From assembly GCA_020536535.1 (NCBI GenBank), contig JAHLWZ010000725.1, positions 1-64,000 on the forward strand: a stretch of 64,000 nt of DNA. The letters run 5' to 3'. Origin of the DNA: Pelomyxa schiedti (Eukaryota > Protista > Evosea). Below, one piece after another: positions 28,406-42,027 of this stretch (its first letter is position 1; each line of letters opens with the position of its first letter). Made by a program: the position numbers and the translations under genes. Under the pieces are notes generated by a model that was given only the letters and a program-made list of their open reading frames with translations, made no database searches and had not been told where the DNA came from.

Positions 28406-29654
28406 CTACAAATTGCGGTTGAGAACAATGGAGGGTCCAGACTCATCGTACTCCGACCTGTCAATCACCACTGCTGAAAAAGAATCCATTGAGGATAGTG
28501 CAGAACCACCAATCCAAACACCGTACTTGCGTTCGGGGGGTGTACTGACTTTTATTGTCCTGGTTGGGGCAAGTGCCACCATTTCTTTGGTCATGCGTTC
28601 TGCAATTCCTTGAAACATTGTGGAACCTCCAAAGAGCATGATATTGCGAAATAATTCTGCGTGGATTTCCTCATCACACTTCATTATGGAGTTGAAGCAC
28701 GACTTGTGGAGGCCTTGTGAATTCCGACCAAGAATGAATTGTGGCTGGAACAACCCCTCTACGCATGTGAAGCGCTCGTGCCCAACACTGATAACTTCTC
28801 CATCGGGAAGTTCATATTGCTTCTGGATTTCAGAGTCAGTCTTCCCTTTTTCCACTGCATAGTCAAGAGCAACGTAGCCTAGCTTCTCTTTTATATCCCT
28901 TACTATCAGGCCCGACGAACGGGGATACGGAGCGAATGGGGCTTCAGGTAAAAGTTGTGCCAAGTGGTTTGTAATATCACACCCGGCAATATCCTCTCCA
29001 ATTACTGCAGCTTGAGGCCAAAGATTTTCGTATATGGGCACAATTTGAGTAACGCCTTCACCACACACCACAGAGGTGCCTGTGGATTTTCCACAACTGT
29101 AAAGAGCAAGAAGGGGCTCAATACCCAACGCGAAGCCTGGGACACTGAACTGCTCGAAGAGGAGCGTGGCCATGCGCTCTCTGTCACTCTCTGGATTGAA
29201 TGGAGTCCTGCTGATCAACACTGTGAAATCTGAAGGCTCAACTCGAAGTTCATCATAGAAGGTGTAGTGAAGCAGCTTCTCAACTTCCTCCCAGTTTGTT
29301 ACAATCCCTCGTCGTATTGGATAGTTGAGGTTGAGTATCCCTGGCACCAGAAAAGCCAGGTAAGTACAAAGATCCTTGAAAAAAAAAAAAAATTTGTGTT
29401 TGCATGCTGATCACCTCTCTTGCTCAATGCGGAATCACCTGCAAACAGTCCAGGGCCCATCCCAACAAGAGTAGGACCCCTAGGCCTGCCAATCACAGAC
29501 TGTAGAAGACTTTGTTACTCATTTTAAAAAAAAAAAACCGCTTTTTTTTTACAGGGAAGACTGCTCTAGGGGCGTCGTCACCCCCAAATCCCGCCTTGGT
29601 AGTCCCTGATCCAAGATCCACCACTAGAGTCGTTGTCGTGTCTGTTGCCGCCAT
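28406..29654 (-). CDS. Divergent actin-like protein
   Basis: [24 protein letters not shown]|[71 protein letters not shown]. Confidence 0.93.
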
Positions 29655-29813
29655 GGCAGGTCCCCGTGTTACGTTCGTTGTTGTTGGCGGTTACTCTATT
29701 CTTCACCAAAACAAGACAAGCCGTTCTTTTCGTTTGTTTTTTTTGTCTCGTTGTCATCCAAGTTGGAAACCGGGGTTGGTCGTGTCATTTTGAGGCTCTC
29801 CAACTGTATTGCC

Positions 29814-31728
29814 CTACAAGCAATGCTGTCTGAGGAAAGTGGCGAAGTCAGGCAGCGACTCACGCAGGGTGGGGTCGCCGGCCGACCCACCCAGTAGCTT
29901 CACAGTGACAACGCAGTCAGAAGGGCTGAGGCTCTGCACCATCACTTCCACGCCAACTGCAGGCTCTGGCTGCTGCTGCTGCTGCTCGGTACTCCTTGAT
30001 GCCGCAGCCGTGGGTCGCGGTTGTGGTTGTGGACGTGGCTGTGGCTGTGGCTGTGGTTCAGATACTGTGGGTGTGTTGTTGCTTGTGCTTGGGGCTTGGG
30101 GTGGTGTTTTCGATGGTGGAGTTGAATTTGTTGATGAGGATGAGGTGGTGCAGGTGGAGGGGTTGTAGGAGGTGGTGTTGGTGAAATTTGGTGCAGAAGA
30201 AGAAGAGGGGGGCAGTTGTGTGGTCCCTTCAGTGAAACTGACAAAGGTTGAGTGCGGAATGGATGCCACCATTATACAGGATGAGGATTTGGTTTTGGCG
30301 CCGGGGTCAAGCTTCTTTAATGAGCTGAGAATTTGTTGGGGAAGCCCATTGGACGATGTGGTGCGGAATGAGTAGTCTATTCTTGAATGTGCATTTTGTT
30401 TTCGTACTTTGGCAAGTCGGGTCTAGGGTTTGTTCAGTAAGTTTGGGAAAACAATAAACATAAACGCACTTGCAAACGGGCTTGAACTTGATCATCAGAT
30501 AAAGACCATGCAATTACCCACCTTGTTGTATTTCCTTGTTGCAGTTCAGTGGTCCGAATGTTCCGAATCTGTGAGTGTGAGTCCTTCAACCAAACATCTT
30601 GGACAAACATTATTCTGTCCTAACAGCTGTTGGATAGGTTTAAGACTAGCTTTGCACCCCAGCAATGACGTCCACCATCTCAAAAGTAATTTAGAAAGTA
30701 AGGAAATGGGATACTGGAAACGTCACCTGATTCGACCTTTGAGAGAAATACTCTCATCTATCATTTTCTGTACAAATTCAACTTCACCTCCATGTGTCAC
30801 CAATTCACTTGTTGTAGCTGTGCATGTCTGTAAGAGTGAGAATTGCTTCTTCCTAACTTCTTTACGGTTTTTGGATTCTGCCCTGTGAAGGAAATATCTG
30901 GAAAAAAGGGAGGATTGCACATGGTAAAATCGAAGTCACCTCTACATTAGGTTAGAAATTCGTATACTGTGTACAGCAATACTTGTCAGGGAGTGAAGAT
31001 AGTAAAAGTGAATCATCTGGCGGCTTAGCCACCGTGATTAGATGTTCCAAGTGGTTCAGTGCTATATTTTTCCTTGCCCATTCAATTGACATTTCATCAA
31101 TATCTGACAATTTCAGAAAAGTAATGTCTTGGCGGTTTTGACATTCACCTGTAGCAAAGAAACTCCAACTATAAATTCGAGCACCCAAAAGGGGGTAAAT
31201 GCATGATGCACCTGTTCCACTTCATAAGTTTTAGTTATGATAATTACTTGGAGGGTTATTAGGGTTTTAGTCACTCACATGTCAATGCCATGTATGGCAG
31301 AGCTACCACGCTGAGGTAAAATTTCATCTGCTATCCATTGAATGTAGTTTGCCCTGGATGGTACCTTGCAAAATAAGTGGTGGTTATGTTTTTTTAAGGG
31401 GAAAAAAAAACTAAAACTCACTGTTGGGCACAGATGATCAGGGTGAAGTTCAACATTAAGGTTGTACCAAAACCGTAATAAATGGACAGTGAGTGACCTG
31501 ACCGCCTCTGGGTCCTTCCAATTTATACTTCTCTTTCTTCTATTGACGCTGCCAGTTGTCGATGAGCCAAGAGGAAGGAGGAGGAAGAAGAAGAAAAAGC
31601 CCAAGAGGCACGGCGAGGACACACAAAGGTGAAAAGTCAGGATACAACGAAGCCATGTGAACAAAATCAGGGCGCTCTCGGTGCACCGCCCGCAAGTTGA
31701 CATTGCCCACAACCTCCCCCCCCGACAT
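29814..31728 (-). CDS. METTL16: METTL16/RlmF-family RNA m6A methyltransferase
   Basis: PDF..., LCPT|VPSRANYIQWI, GIDI|GTGASCIYPLLG, FDFTMCNPPFF, GGEVEFVQKMIDES; low-complexity C-terminal insert. Confidence 0.88.
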
Positions 31729-31936
31729 GCCCTAACAACTTGAACTAGGAAGGTGATTGATGGTGGGGGTTGGCTACCCGAGAATCCGGACACACCGAGT
31801 TTCGTTGTATTTGTGCACTCGGGTGGCTGGGGTGGGTCCTGAAACGCTGATTGTGGGCAGCCTGAGAAAAAGGGAGAACAAAAAGGGACTCTGGGAGCCA
31901 GCAGTTGCAACGTTTAATATCTCTAATAGATCTGCT

Positions 31937-34469
31937 ATGGACGCCACCACTATCACAACGACACCTTCTTCGGCACCTACGACTACGGCAACAACATCCA
32001 CGTCGTTGTCGTCACCAACAACGGACGCCTCGCATGTGGTTTCCACGGAAACGATAACCGGAACAGGTGGTGCCAGCACTACAACAACGCCCACGCCAAC
32101 GGCAACGGCCATGCCCACGACAACGACGACGACGGCGACGGCGCCGCCTACCTCGGCAAGCAGCGCGGCGGTGGGCGGAGATCCCCTGGAAATTCGGTCG
32201 GTTATTGCGCAGTTTGTGTCTGCTGAGGACGGCCAGAAAAAGGGGTCCCAGATGGAGATGCCTGTGGAGACCACTGCCGCCCAGTTATCCGAAATCATCA
32301 ACGCCATGCTTGCCAATGTTCTCACCCTGATTTCAAACTCGATTATATATTTAGAATTTCGTGACAACTCACTTACCAACTAAAAAATCCAGGAGGAACC
32401 TCTGCCGTATGCTTTTTATGTTGATGAAGAGCAGGTCAAAACAACACTCCCTCGAAATAAGATTACTTCATCGGAACAAATTGTGGAAATTGTATACATG
32501 CCACAAGCAGTGTTTAGGGTAGGAAGAATCTTTCCCTGAGATGTGTTTGAATAATATCAAGGTCTGGCCAGTCACCCGAGAATCTGGAACTTTAACGGGT
32601 CACACAAATTCAGTTATCAGCGTGCAGTTCAATTCCAATGGTACCAAGCTCGCAAGTGGCTCAGGAGATCTAACTGTAAGATTGTGGGATATTCTGACAC
32701 ATACCCCATTACAAACCCTCAGTGGTAAGCCCCCCCACCTTTTGTCTTTGAGCTTACTTCAACAGGACACAAAGACTGGGTTACATGCCTCGCTTGGTCT
32801 CCTGATAATAAAATCCTGGCATCTGGCTCAAAAGATGGGGAGGTAAGACTATGGGATGCTGACAGAGGTACCATTTTTGCAATTCCATTGGAGTCTTACC
32901 TCAAAAGGAAAGTTCCTTCCTCCTGCACTCAAAGGTCATAGTGGATTCATAAGTATGCTGGCTTGGGAGCCTTTGGCCACGTATGCTTGTGTGACCAGAT
33001 AAGGGCCTTGTACTTATTTTTTGCCTTAGAAATCCTGCATGCAATAGACTGGCGAGCGCTGCGAAGGATTCTACAGTACGGATATGGGACACATCAACTC
33101 ATCGGTTAGTGCTGTCACTCTCAGGTTTGGAATAGTCCAATTTTCCTTGCATCTTGATCAGTTTTACTTAAGGTAACATCAGGTCATACGCAAGCTGTCA
33201 TGTGTGTCAAGTGGGGAGGGAAGGGATTGATCTATACAGGAAGCCGCGACAGACTCGTCAAGGTTCGAACCCTTCAAGTACTTTGATTTTTCCAGGTTGA
33301 GCAACATTAGGTTTTCAATTCACAAGGACAACTGGTCCGTACACTTAAGGGACATGCCCACTGGGTGAATACCATGGCCCTCAGCACGGATTTTTGCCTT
33401 CGAACTGGCGCATATGATCACAATTTCACAGAGCCAGAATCCTTAGCCCAAGGTACGCACTTCCTTGTTTAGTATTGAGTTGACTTCATCTATGTAGCAC
33501 ATACACTAGCTGCTGAAAAATTTAAGAAGCATGTATCAACAACCACTCCAAATGGAAGTGCTGCCGGCGAACGCTTGGTCACAGGGTAAATATGTTTCAC
33601 GTCAATTTTCATTTATTCAACTTTGTAATAATGCAGCTCAGATGACGGAACGCTTATTCTGTGGTCAACGGATACATTTAAACAAATTGCAAGACTCACA
33701 GGGCATCAACAACAAGTCATGTTTGGTAATTTTGTTAATTTCTCTTACAATAAATGGCTAAGATTTTCACAATAAATAACACGTGTGCAGTTTCATTCTC
33801 CCCTGACGGTAGATTTATTGCTAGTGGCTCGTATGATAAATCAGTCAAAGTCTGGGATGGATATACCGGCAAGTATGGAGTCACAAGATATCCTATTCCA
33901 ACTAAACTGTGACAGATTCCTTGCAACACTACGAGGCCATGTGGGCGCAGTTTATCAAATTTCGTGGTCATCTGACAGCAGGATGTTTGTCACTGGTTCC
34001 AAGGATTCTACAATGAAGCTTTGGGATGCCAGACTCATGAAGATGAAGTTCGACCTTCCTGGGCATTCCGACGAGGTGAGACATAGTCACACCCGCAATT
34101 GCTNNNNNNNNNNNNNNNNNNNNNNNNNNNNNNNNNNNNNNNNNNNNNNNNNNNNNNNNNNNNNNNNNNNNNNNNNNNNNNNNNNNNNNNNNNNNNNNNN
34201 NNNATGTTTGTCACTGGTTCCAAGGATTCTACAATGAAGCTTTGGGATGCCAGACTCATGAAGATGAAGTTCGACCTTCCTGGGCATTCCGACGAGGTGA
34301 GACATAGTCACACCCGCAATTGCTTACAACCATTACGTTAGGTTTTCACTGTTGATTGGGCACCAAATGGTGACTGTGTAGCTTCAGGTTCATTTGATCA
34401 CTCACTCAAAATGTTTGTTACTTGTCCTCCTATAAATGACCTTGACCACAACTCAGATGGAGAAGATAA
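31937..34469 (+). CDS. NLE1: Notchless homolog/Rsa4 (NLE ubiquitin-like domain plus WD40, 60S biogenesis)
   Basis: [26 protein letters not shown]|[50 protein letters not shown], end [11 protein letters not shown]|WRR*. Interrupted by an assembly gap with a duplicated 121-mer. Confidence 0.93.
34104..34203. other. 100-N scaffold gap with a 121-nt overlap duplicated on both sides (assembly artefact)
   Basis: 33983-34103 is repeated exactly at 34204-34324. Removing one copy plus the Ns restores a continuous NLE1. Confidence 0.9.
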
Positions 34470-34661
34470 ACTCGACTCCAACTCCGATCCCACAATTGGA
34501 GGATGGTGGGACCCAAGTGGAAACAGATAACGATTACAACACCACAACACTCGAAAAAATGTCGGAAAATGAACATTTTTCGATCTCTCCTTTTTTTTTC
34601 CAAACAAAAAACAACCCCCAACGACGCAGTAACGAGGAATTTTTGACGGTTTACGGCCGAA

Positions 34662-35638
34662 ATGACCACGAGACGTAGTGGAGTAGCGATAATGGGATGC
34701 CTGTTGGCGGTGGCGCTTTTTGTCGAACGAGGATGTTCCTTTCCTGTTGACATTGATTCAGCTTTGACAGTGACCTTGACGTGGGACAATGAAGATGCCG
34801 GTTGGGTGGACTTTTTCCTTTTTTTTTTTAGTACTCTGTTCTCTATGTGTAAACAACACCATATTTATGCACTACGAACCGACTTCATAAAACCAAAACA
34901 ATGACAAATAAATTCATTTAGACTTGGACCTTCATGTTGTGGCTGGGAACAGCAACGAGGACTGGCCTTGCCATATCTACTTCTGGGATATGGAATCCGA
35001 TATCATTTCCTCACCAGGTGATGAGAGTGGGATGAGTTCCAGTGAGGGCGCCACTGTTACTCTCTCTGGGGACTGTGAAGAAAACTGCAACACTGTGGGT
35101 GAAGTGATGACCTTCTCTTCACCAATCCAATGCAACTTATATGAGCTATGGGCAAATATTTACACTGACACTCTAACACCAGGTACTGTCTTCTCTTTTC
35201 TGTGATAGAGAGGTTTTATCCTTAGTTTTTTTTACCTAACATTTTTGTTTTCCCAACAGGGCCTGCATGGGCTGACACTGGTGCCTATGTTACGGTATCC
35301 TCAGATTCCACAAACTATTCCTGGGCAGTCCCTCTCGTTTGTATCTTGTCTTTTCCCACTCCCCACTTAGTTGCTTTTTCTTTCTTAAGTATCCATCTGA
35401 GCTAGCCGAGGACCCGTCTCTGTCATGGTGGAAAATAGGAAACCTTACAGTAGGGAGCACAACTGAATTCCTGTTTTCAGACATGGGCTCTGGGGATGGC
35501 CTATTTATCAACACCGCATTTCCCAACAACCCAAATGTTCCCTCAGAGTGCGGGACCGTGTACTGCAGTGACTCCCCACATTACTACCCAACCCTATTCA
35601 CTGCAATTTTCATGACCCTGTCACTTCTACTGCTGTAG
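34662..35638 (+). CDS. Secreted/GPI-anchored protein with a YfaP/DUF2135-like domain
   Basis: Signal peptide GCLLAVALFV; LTVTLTWDNEDA|DLDLHVV...CHIYF...LSGD...GEVMTF...YELWANIY; WWKIG; hydrophobic tail LFTAIFMTLSLLLL*. Three GT-AG introns. Confidence 0.7.
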
Positions 35639-35782
35639 TATCTTTTTCACTACTACCCGAGTTGTACAGAACAAAAAAGAACGAAAAAACAAAAAAAAAA
35701 TTCTTCTTTTTCGGCAGTTGCACCTGTTTAATTGAGGCCCGACGATAACGCACGATTAATTGGCTGCGCGTCGCCAACAACA

Positions 35783-38700
35783 ATGTCCGGCAAACGAAGA
35801 GGCGGAAAGACCAGGGGAAACAACCGCGGGCCGAAACGACGCAGGACTGAGGACGAAGACTCGTACTACGCCGAACCAAGGCCTTCTTTCGGTATTACTC
35901 TAGTCCCATAATTGCGTGCTTGAGTAGTGCTGTAAGGGTGTTAAGTCATGTGGCTGGTGGATGGTTTTCCTATTGTTTTTTTTTGGTTTTTGCTTTTCCC
36001 TTGACCACAGAGGGTTACCATCTTTTTGACCACTTTTTCTTTTTGTAAATCACAGTACAACCTGCTCATCAGAGGTATCCCACAAAACGTGGCCTACAGC
36101 AACAACGAAAAGCATTGAAAGCTACCAACCAAAGTGCTCTTTCCTCCCCTCCTTCCCCATCAGGAAACAAACACACAACACCAAATGATACACACCCAAG
36201 CTTCTCTAAAGGAACCAAGACTGCAATAACAAAATCATCCACAGACACAAAAGCGAAAGCAACAGGAAAACCCAAACCAACCCCAAAAACAAAATCAACA
36301 TCCACCCAGCTTACCTCAATAACAACCTCAACATCAACAGCAGCAATTGAGAAAAAACCCAGTGCTCCAAAATCCAAATCAGCTCCAAAATCAGAACCAA
36401 CATCCAAAATCACCAAGGCAATTAAATCCAAACTAACCACTACCCCCAGTACTACCGTGGCACCCAAGAAAAAGAAAAAAACTGCAGGGAAGAAAAAGGC
36501 ATCTGACCAACAACTAACTGGCGCTTCACAAGTCGCTCAGTCTACACCAAAGACCTCTACAAAGTCGGCCCCCAGGAGTACGGATCCAACAGGTTCCTGC
36601 CCATACAATCCTATTTAATCCAGCTGCGAAATTAACAAATTTCTACAAGTATCTCCATTTGACAAATTACTCTCAATGATATCAACAACATCGACCACTT
36701 CTTCTCGCTTCTCTGTAGCAAAAAATGATATCCCTTCACCTGCATCTGTGTTAAGTGAAAATCCACCTACACTGATAGTTAATAGCACAATCACTACCAA
36801 AAGTAACCTAATTCTTTGCTTTTTAAACTACTAACTTACACGTAGAAAACACTCCCACCTTGGAAAGTGCGGCAGCAAGTGTTGTCTCTGTATCTCCATC
36901 TATCACATCTCCCAAAGCCGTTGAAGTACCCATAAATACCAAGGCCTCTCACAAGAAGCCACTCAGAGGCAGGAAACAAAAAAAGGCAGTGAAATCGACT
37001 GATCCAGAAGGTTTGGCTCGTTGAACATCATGAAGTACTCACACACTCAAGGTTTGGAACCTCCAGCAAACAATGCCAAATCACACACTACAGCAAGCAC
37101 TGACGAGAGTAGTGTACAAGAAGACAACAGTCTAGAGACAGGAAGAAAACTAGATGATGCCTTTGCGTATCCAGCTGCAAAAAATGAATTTGAGAGGTCT
37201 TTTACATACCCTTACCTAACCTCAAACCCTTGAATAGATGGGCTTATAAGGAACTGCCCAATCCTCTACCTTCTGAATACCTCTCAGAGTCTGAAGGTGA
37301 AGACAGTGACCATGAAGATAGCGAAGGAGCTACTGAGGAGGTGAATACTGCGAATGAACCAGAAGAAGGAGAGGAAGGAGAAGAGGAAGAAGTGGAAGCG
37401 GAAGATGATGATGATGACGAAGAAGGAGCAGAGGAAACGGAGCAAGTGGACGATGAGGATGAGGATGAGGATGAAGACGGAGACGGAGATGACGTGGAAG
37501 TGGATGAAAAGGAGGAAGAGGAAGAGGAAGAGGATGAGGAAGAGGAAGATGAAGATGAAGATGAAGAAGACGAGGATGAGGAAGAGGAAGAGGGAGAGGG
37601 TTCCGAAAAAAGAAGGCCTTCTGAGGAGGACCCTGATGGGCTTGACTTTAACAACGATGAGCCAACTGACTACAACAAAGAATTCCAAGAGTTCTTTTGC
37701 CCAAAGATTCCTAAAGGAGAAAGAAATTTTCATAAAAAGCAGCTGGATCCCGTTAATGTTAACAAACTTGGTCTTGTGTGTATATAACCTGTTGTGCCCG
37801 TAATCACATTCCTTAGGTTACAGCATCAGAGAAGATACCCAAATTGAAGAAGAAAGACTTGGTTCATATACTCTCGGTAGACCAAATCATTAAACTTATT
37901 CTCAGTAAATTGTATTATATTCATTCTTCTCACACGGTCACCAAAAGATCAAAAAATCATTAGCAGAGCAATGGACATCCTCATGTATTTGTCAATAATT
38001 TACAACACCATCTTAAGACGACTTAGTGCCCCTTCAAATCAACCTTCTGTCTCTAATTGGGCGCTATTGGGATGTACTCTATTGCAATCAGACCTATAGA
38101 AATAGACAGACCATTCAGGAGGCATACATGTTGCATATTTTAAACCACGTTTTGCGGTTTGTTGTTTAAAATATATTACAAAACCAACCATTCTTCAAGA
38201 TCTTCCAAGATAATTGAGAGCCATAATACCAAGAACTCTACTATGTGTGTCATCTCGCATCCATGTTCTGTCCTTAGTAACATCTGTAGTCTACCTGATC
38301 AAGGTTTCACAAGACCAAAAGTGCTCATTCTTGTTCCATTAGCAAACACAGCTTTTGATATTGTACAACTTATGTTGAAAGTGTTGCCAAAGAAGTATAC
38401 GCAAGTCAGTCCTATTTGTTTTGTCTCTCCTTTAAAGTACACTAGAGAGAAATCCCAGGCTATTCACACTTCCTAGAATATTTTGGAGACGAAGAACCTG
38501 AATCCCCCAAAAAAGGAAAGAACAAAGCACGCATCAATATGACGGAATATGACAACTTATTCCGTGGCAACACTCGTGGGGCAAATTCATGCCTAAAAGA
38601 TCCTACTCAAACTATTTCCAGATGATGATTACTACCTGAATGTGACCTTTGAAAAGGGCCAAGTTTCGTTAGACAAGGGTTTCTTTCTGGCAGATATTAT

Positions 38701-39990
38701 TATTGCCACTCCTATATCACTTGTAGTCTATGCAAACAACCACAATAAGTACAGTACAATCGCAAAATAAAAACCATCCTGTATTCTGACATTACCTCGC
38801 CACAGTAACTGGGATTGGCTCTCTTCTATTGGTACATTCACCAGTTACATTTCTTGAAAAAGTGATTCAATGTAGAAATCCTAGTGGTTGAGCAAGCAGA
38901 TATGATTTTGATGCAAAACTGGGTTCATCTCCTGACTACAATGCAACACATCAATGCTATGCCAAGGGAGATACGTGTAGACATGCTTCGAGTAAGGCCG
39001 CGGTTTCTTAACAACCAGTTACGTTATTACTCTCAAAAAACCTGTGTTTATCTTATCTTATCTCAGGGGCAAGTACCATCGCCAAAATATTCTCCTGTCG
39101 TCATTTATGACACCAGAGATCAACTCTTTGCATAGGATGTTTTTTAGAAGTAATCCCTCATTTTGGAGGCAACATCGTTAATATTTACAGATATAAGACC
39201 TTGGGCCAAAATTTCTTCTCTGCATCGAGGTGTTGCAAATAAGATAGCTTATCCCCTACAACAAGTGCACATCGTCTTAACGAGCCATTAGTTTAATCAT
39301 CGTATCCAGGTGTTTCAGCGTATTGACTGTGATGATCCTTTGAAGCTTCCTGATAAGCGGTTCACATACTTTTCTCACGAGGTTTCTCCCTTCGTTTCAT
39401 TCTCCAACTCACCATGCTCAGATATTTCCAGTCATAAGGTCAAAGGCACAACAAAGAACAATCATCTATGTACCTTCCTCATTCGACTTTGTTCGTGTCA
39501 GGAACTTCCTGCTTGACAACAAAGTGAATTTTGGGTTTCTTTACGAGTAAGGTACCCACAACAAAACTACAACTTATTTTCAACACAGGGAAGAATCCTT
39601 CAATGACGGTGAGGCTGCAAAGAGGCTTTTTGCAATTGGAACTACACCTATCCTCCTCGTCTCCGAGAGAAGTCTGTACTTCAGGAGGTAACCCTTTTCT
39701 TTCCAGTTTACCTTCACACTCAATTTCCCACAACAAAACAACAAACCCATTCCAATTGAATTCCCCCTATCAGAGGAGCTATATATGGTGCTCAGAACTT
39801 CTTATTCTATGGTGTACCCCTATTCCCACAATTGTACAAAGAAGTTCTAGCCTTCCCACGACGCAATGTTCAAATAACGTCCTTGATGTTATACTCGAGT
39901 TTTGAAGCAATGCAACTGTCCAGGATTGTGGGCAACGATAGAGCGAATATGATGCTCTCATCGCCAAAAAGTGCTCATTTACTTGCATAA
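35783..39990 (+). CDS. UTP25: U3 snoRNA-associated protein 25 (DEF/DIEXF) with long basic and acidic N-terminal extension
   Basis: AYMLHILNHV, DQGFTRPKVLILVP, LFRGNT, ADIIIATP, VVEQADMILMQNWVHL, LSRIVGNDRA; TAA at 39988-39990. Confidence 0.88.
37354..37596 (+). repeat. GAR/GAY acidic (E/D) low-complexity coding tract within UTP25
   Basis: Runs of gaggaagaggaa and gatgaagatgaa encoding about 80 mostly E/D residues. Confidence 0.85.
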
Positions 39991-40081
39991 CCTTGGACTA
40001 CCTTTCTATGCTCAAACAGCAAGAAAAGAAAAAAAACAGAATTTATGGCTAGCATTTTACTTCCCTTTTTTGCTTTGGTAT

Positions 40082-41542
40082 TCACAAGAATGATCCACCA
40101 CCAAAGTTCACTTCTGATGGGGGCAAAGAGGGGGCAGTACTGTCCACAGATGAAATGTTATTGGTGGTGGATGTTGATGTAGTTGTAGTTGTAGTTGTAG
40201 TTGTAGTTGTGCTGCCGTTGTTTATCTGCTCCACGTTTAACCTGGGTCGTTTGGGGGTTGCATGGCGGCTCTTGTGCTTGTGGCACTTGTGGTGTGTGTT
40301 GCTAGAGTGTTCCGGCGTGCAGCTGTGGGAGTGCTGTTGTTGGCGGTGTGAGTGCTCGGGTGTGGCGGCGGTTGCCGCCGCGGTGCAGTTTGATGACGGA
40401 GTGGGTGAGTGAGAGTGGTGATGCGACTGGTGTGGCCTCTTTGGTCGCGGCTGCGGTTGAGGTTGCGGTTGCGGTGGCGGTTGTGGTTGCGGCTGCGGTG
40501 GCGGTTGTGGCTGTGGTTGCGGTTGCGGTTGTTGCTGCTGCGGCTGCGGGTCAGGGTGTTGCTTGGGTTGTGGTTGCTGTTGTTGTGGTGGGGGTTGTGG
40601 TTGCGGCGGTGGCTGTGGCAGTGGCGGTGGCGGTGGCGGCACTTGATGAGCTTCGGGGGGTGCCTGTAGTGACTGCAGTTGTTGTGCCTCCGGCTGTTTT
40701 TGTGGCTCTACCTGTGGAGGTGGAGGTTGAGGTGGAAGTGGAAGTACGTTGGGCTGTGGCTGTGGTGGAAGTGTTGGTGGAGGTTGTGGAGGTGGTGGTT
40801 TCAGTTGTGGTTCTGGTTGTGGCTGAGGCTGTGGTTTTTGTTCAAGTTTTACTGTGGGGATTTCAGGTGCCGGTGCTATTTCGGGTTCAGGTTTTGCTTG
40901 CAGCCAAAGATGTTGCACATAAATGTTCAAGGACAACGAATCTTGAAAGAGAGTGAAAGATTTGATTGGTGTTATTGCTACAATAGGCTCAGACACCAGT
41001 GCTGATTGTAGCCGAGGGTGAAGAGATCGTTGGACAACAGACTCAGATTTGGAAGCAGGAACCCAAAAACTGTTATCTTGGTTGAGGGAATGAGGCTCAT
41101 TTAGCTTTACAGTGAAGCGAAAGGAAAGATCTGAAGAATAATAGTTGTCAGAAGAATAGTACAAAAATGTGTATTATTGTACTGCCTTTCATACACCAAT
41201 AACATATAAATTGGATTCTTGTTCCCACCCTCCAAAGTTACATACTTTTGAAAGGCAAAGTTGGAAGGAAAGCATCACACATATTTAACCGCATCAGAAT
41301 AGACTGTAGTGCTACTTGCAACTCCCTGAAGGATTGATCCGTCCATTTCAAACAGGAAGGATCAGTGCCAAGTCTTGAAGTTGTAGGTTAAAGGATAAAT
41401 ATGTTTCAACATCCTTCATACTTCAAGTCAAAAGCAAATTTCTCTACAGGACTTTCCAGCTGATTAAGTACCAAAACAGCAAATTGTTTCAACTTGCCCT
41501 TGAATTGGTTTCCAACAAAGCAGCTTTAACACACAAGAGGGG

Positions 41543-41573
<31 letters not shown>

Positions 41574-42027
41574 AACAAGAGTTTTGGGCAAAGAAGAAAG
41601 GAGCTTTAGATGGATTGGTTGGTTCCACAGGGAGTGTGGAGAAGGAATGTATCTCAATAAATCAATTAAAAAAAAAAATAAAAATAAAAACCTCAGCCAT
41701 TAGTCTCCTCACGGAAGCCATCACGTTTGTCACGTAGTCCCGCAGCCGGCCGGGGGCGGCCACCATCGCCGCTACGTTGAACACCCGCTCGGCCACGAAC
41801 GACTCGCGGGGATACACCCCCCTCGCGCAAATCACCCCGTGGGCGCAGCACTCGAGCACCACCGACAGCAGCCCGATCCCCACGCCCTCCTGCGCCCACG
41901 CCCCGCCTCCCCCTCCCCCTCCCACTGCCCCTGCCCTTTCCTTGCCTCCGTCTCCCTGCCTGCCTCCCCCACCCCCGCCGTGGTCTACTGTTCCCGTCCC
42001 GCCGCCTGCGGCCGTTGTGTCTCCCAT
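40082..42027 (-). CDS. HORMA-domain protein, REV7/MAD2L2-like, with long P/Q/H-rich C-terminal tail
   Basis: VLECCAHGVICARGVYPRESFVAERVFNV...LRDYVTNVMASVRRLMAE|GKLKQFAVLV...PVEKFAFDL matches the HORMA pattern (RxxYPxxxF, PxEKFxF). Final 360-aa open segment is mostly P/Q. Confidence 0.75.
40400..40840 (-). repeat. CCN/CAR microsatellite-like coding repeat (PQ-rich)
   Basis: Imperfect ggttgc/ggtggc/ggttgt arrays on the + strand encode PQPQPQPPPQ on the - strand. Confidence 0.8.

Noticed and set aside
33983-34324. Apparent tandem exon duplication in NLE1
   Set aside because: An exact 121-nt overlap either side of a 100-N gap is typical of de Bruijn scaffolding; one copy gives a normal gene.
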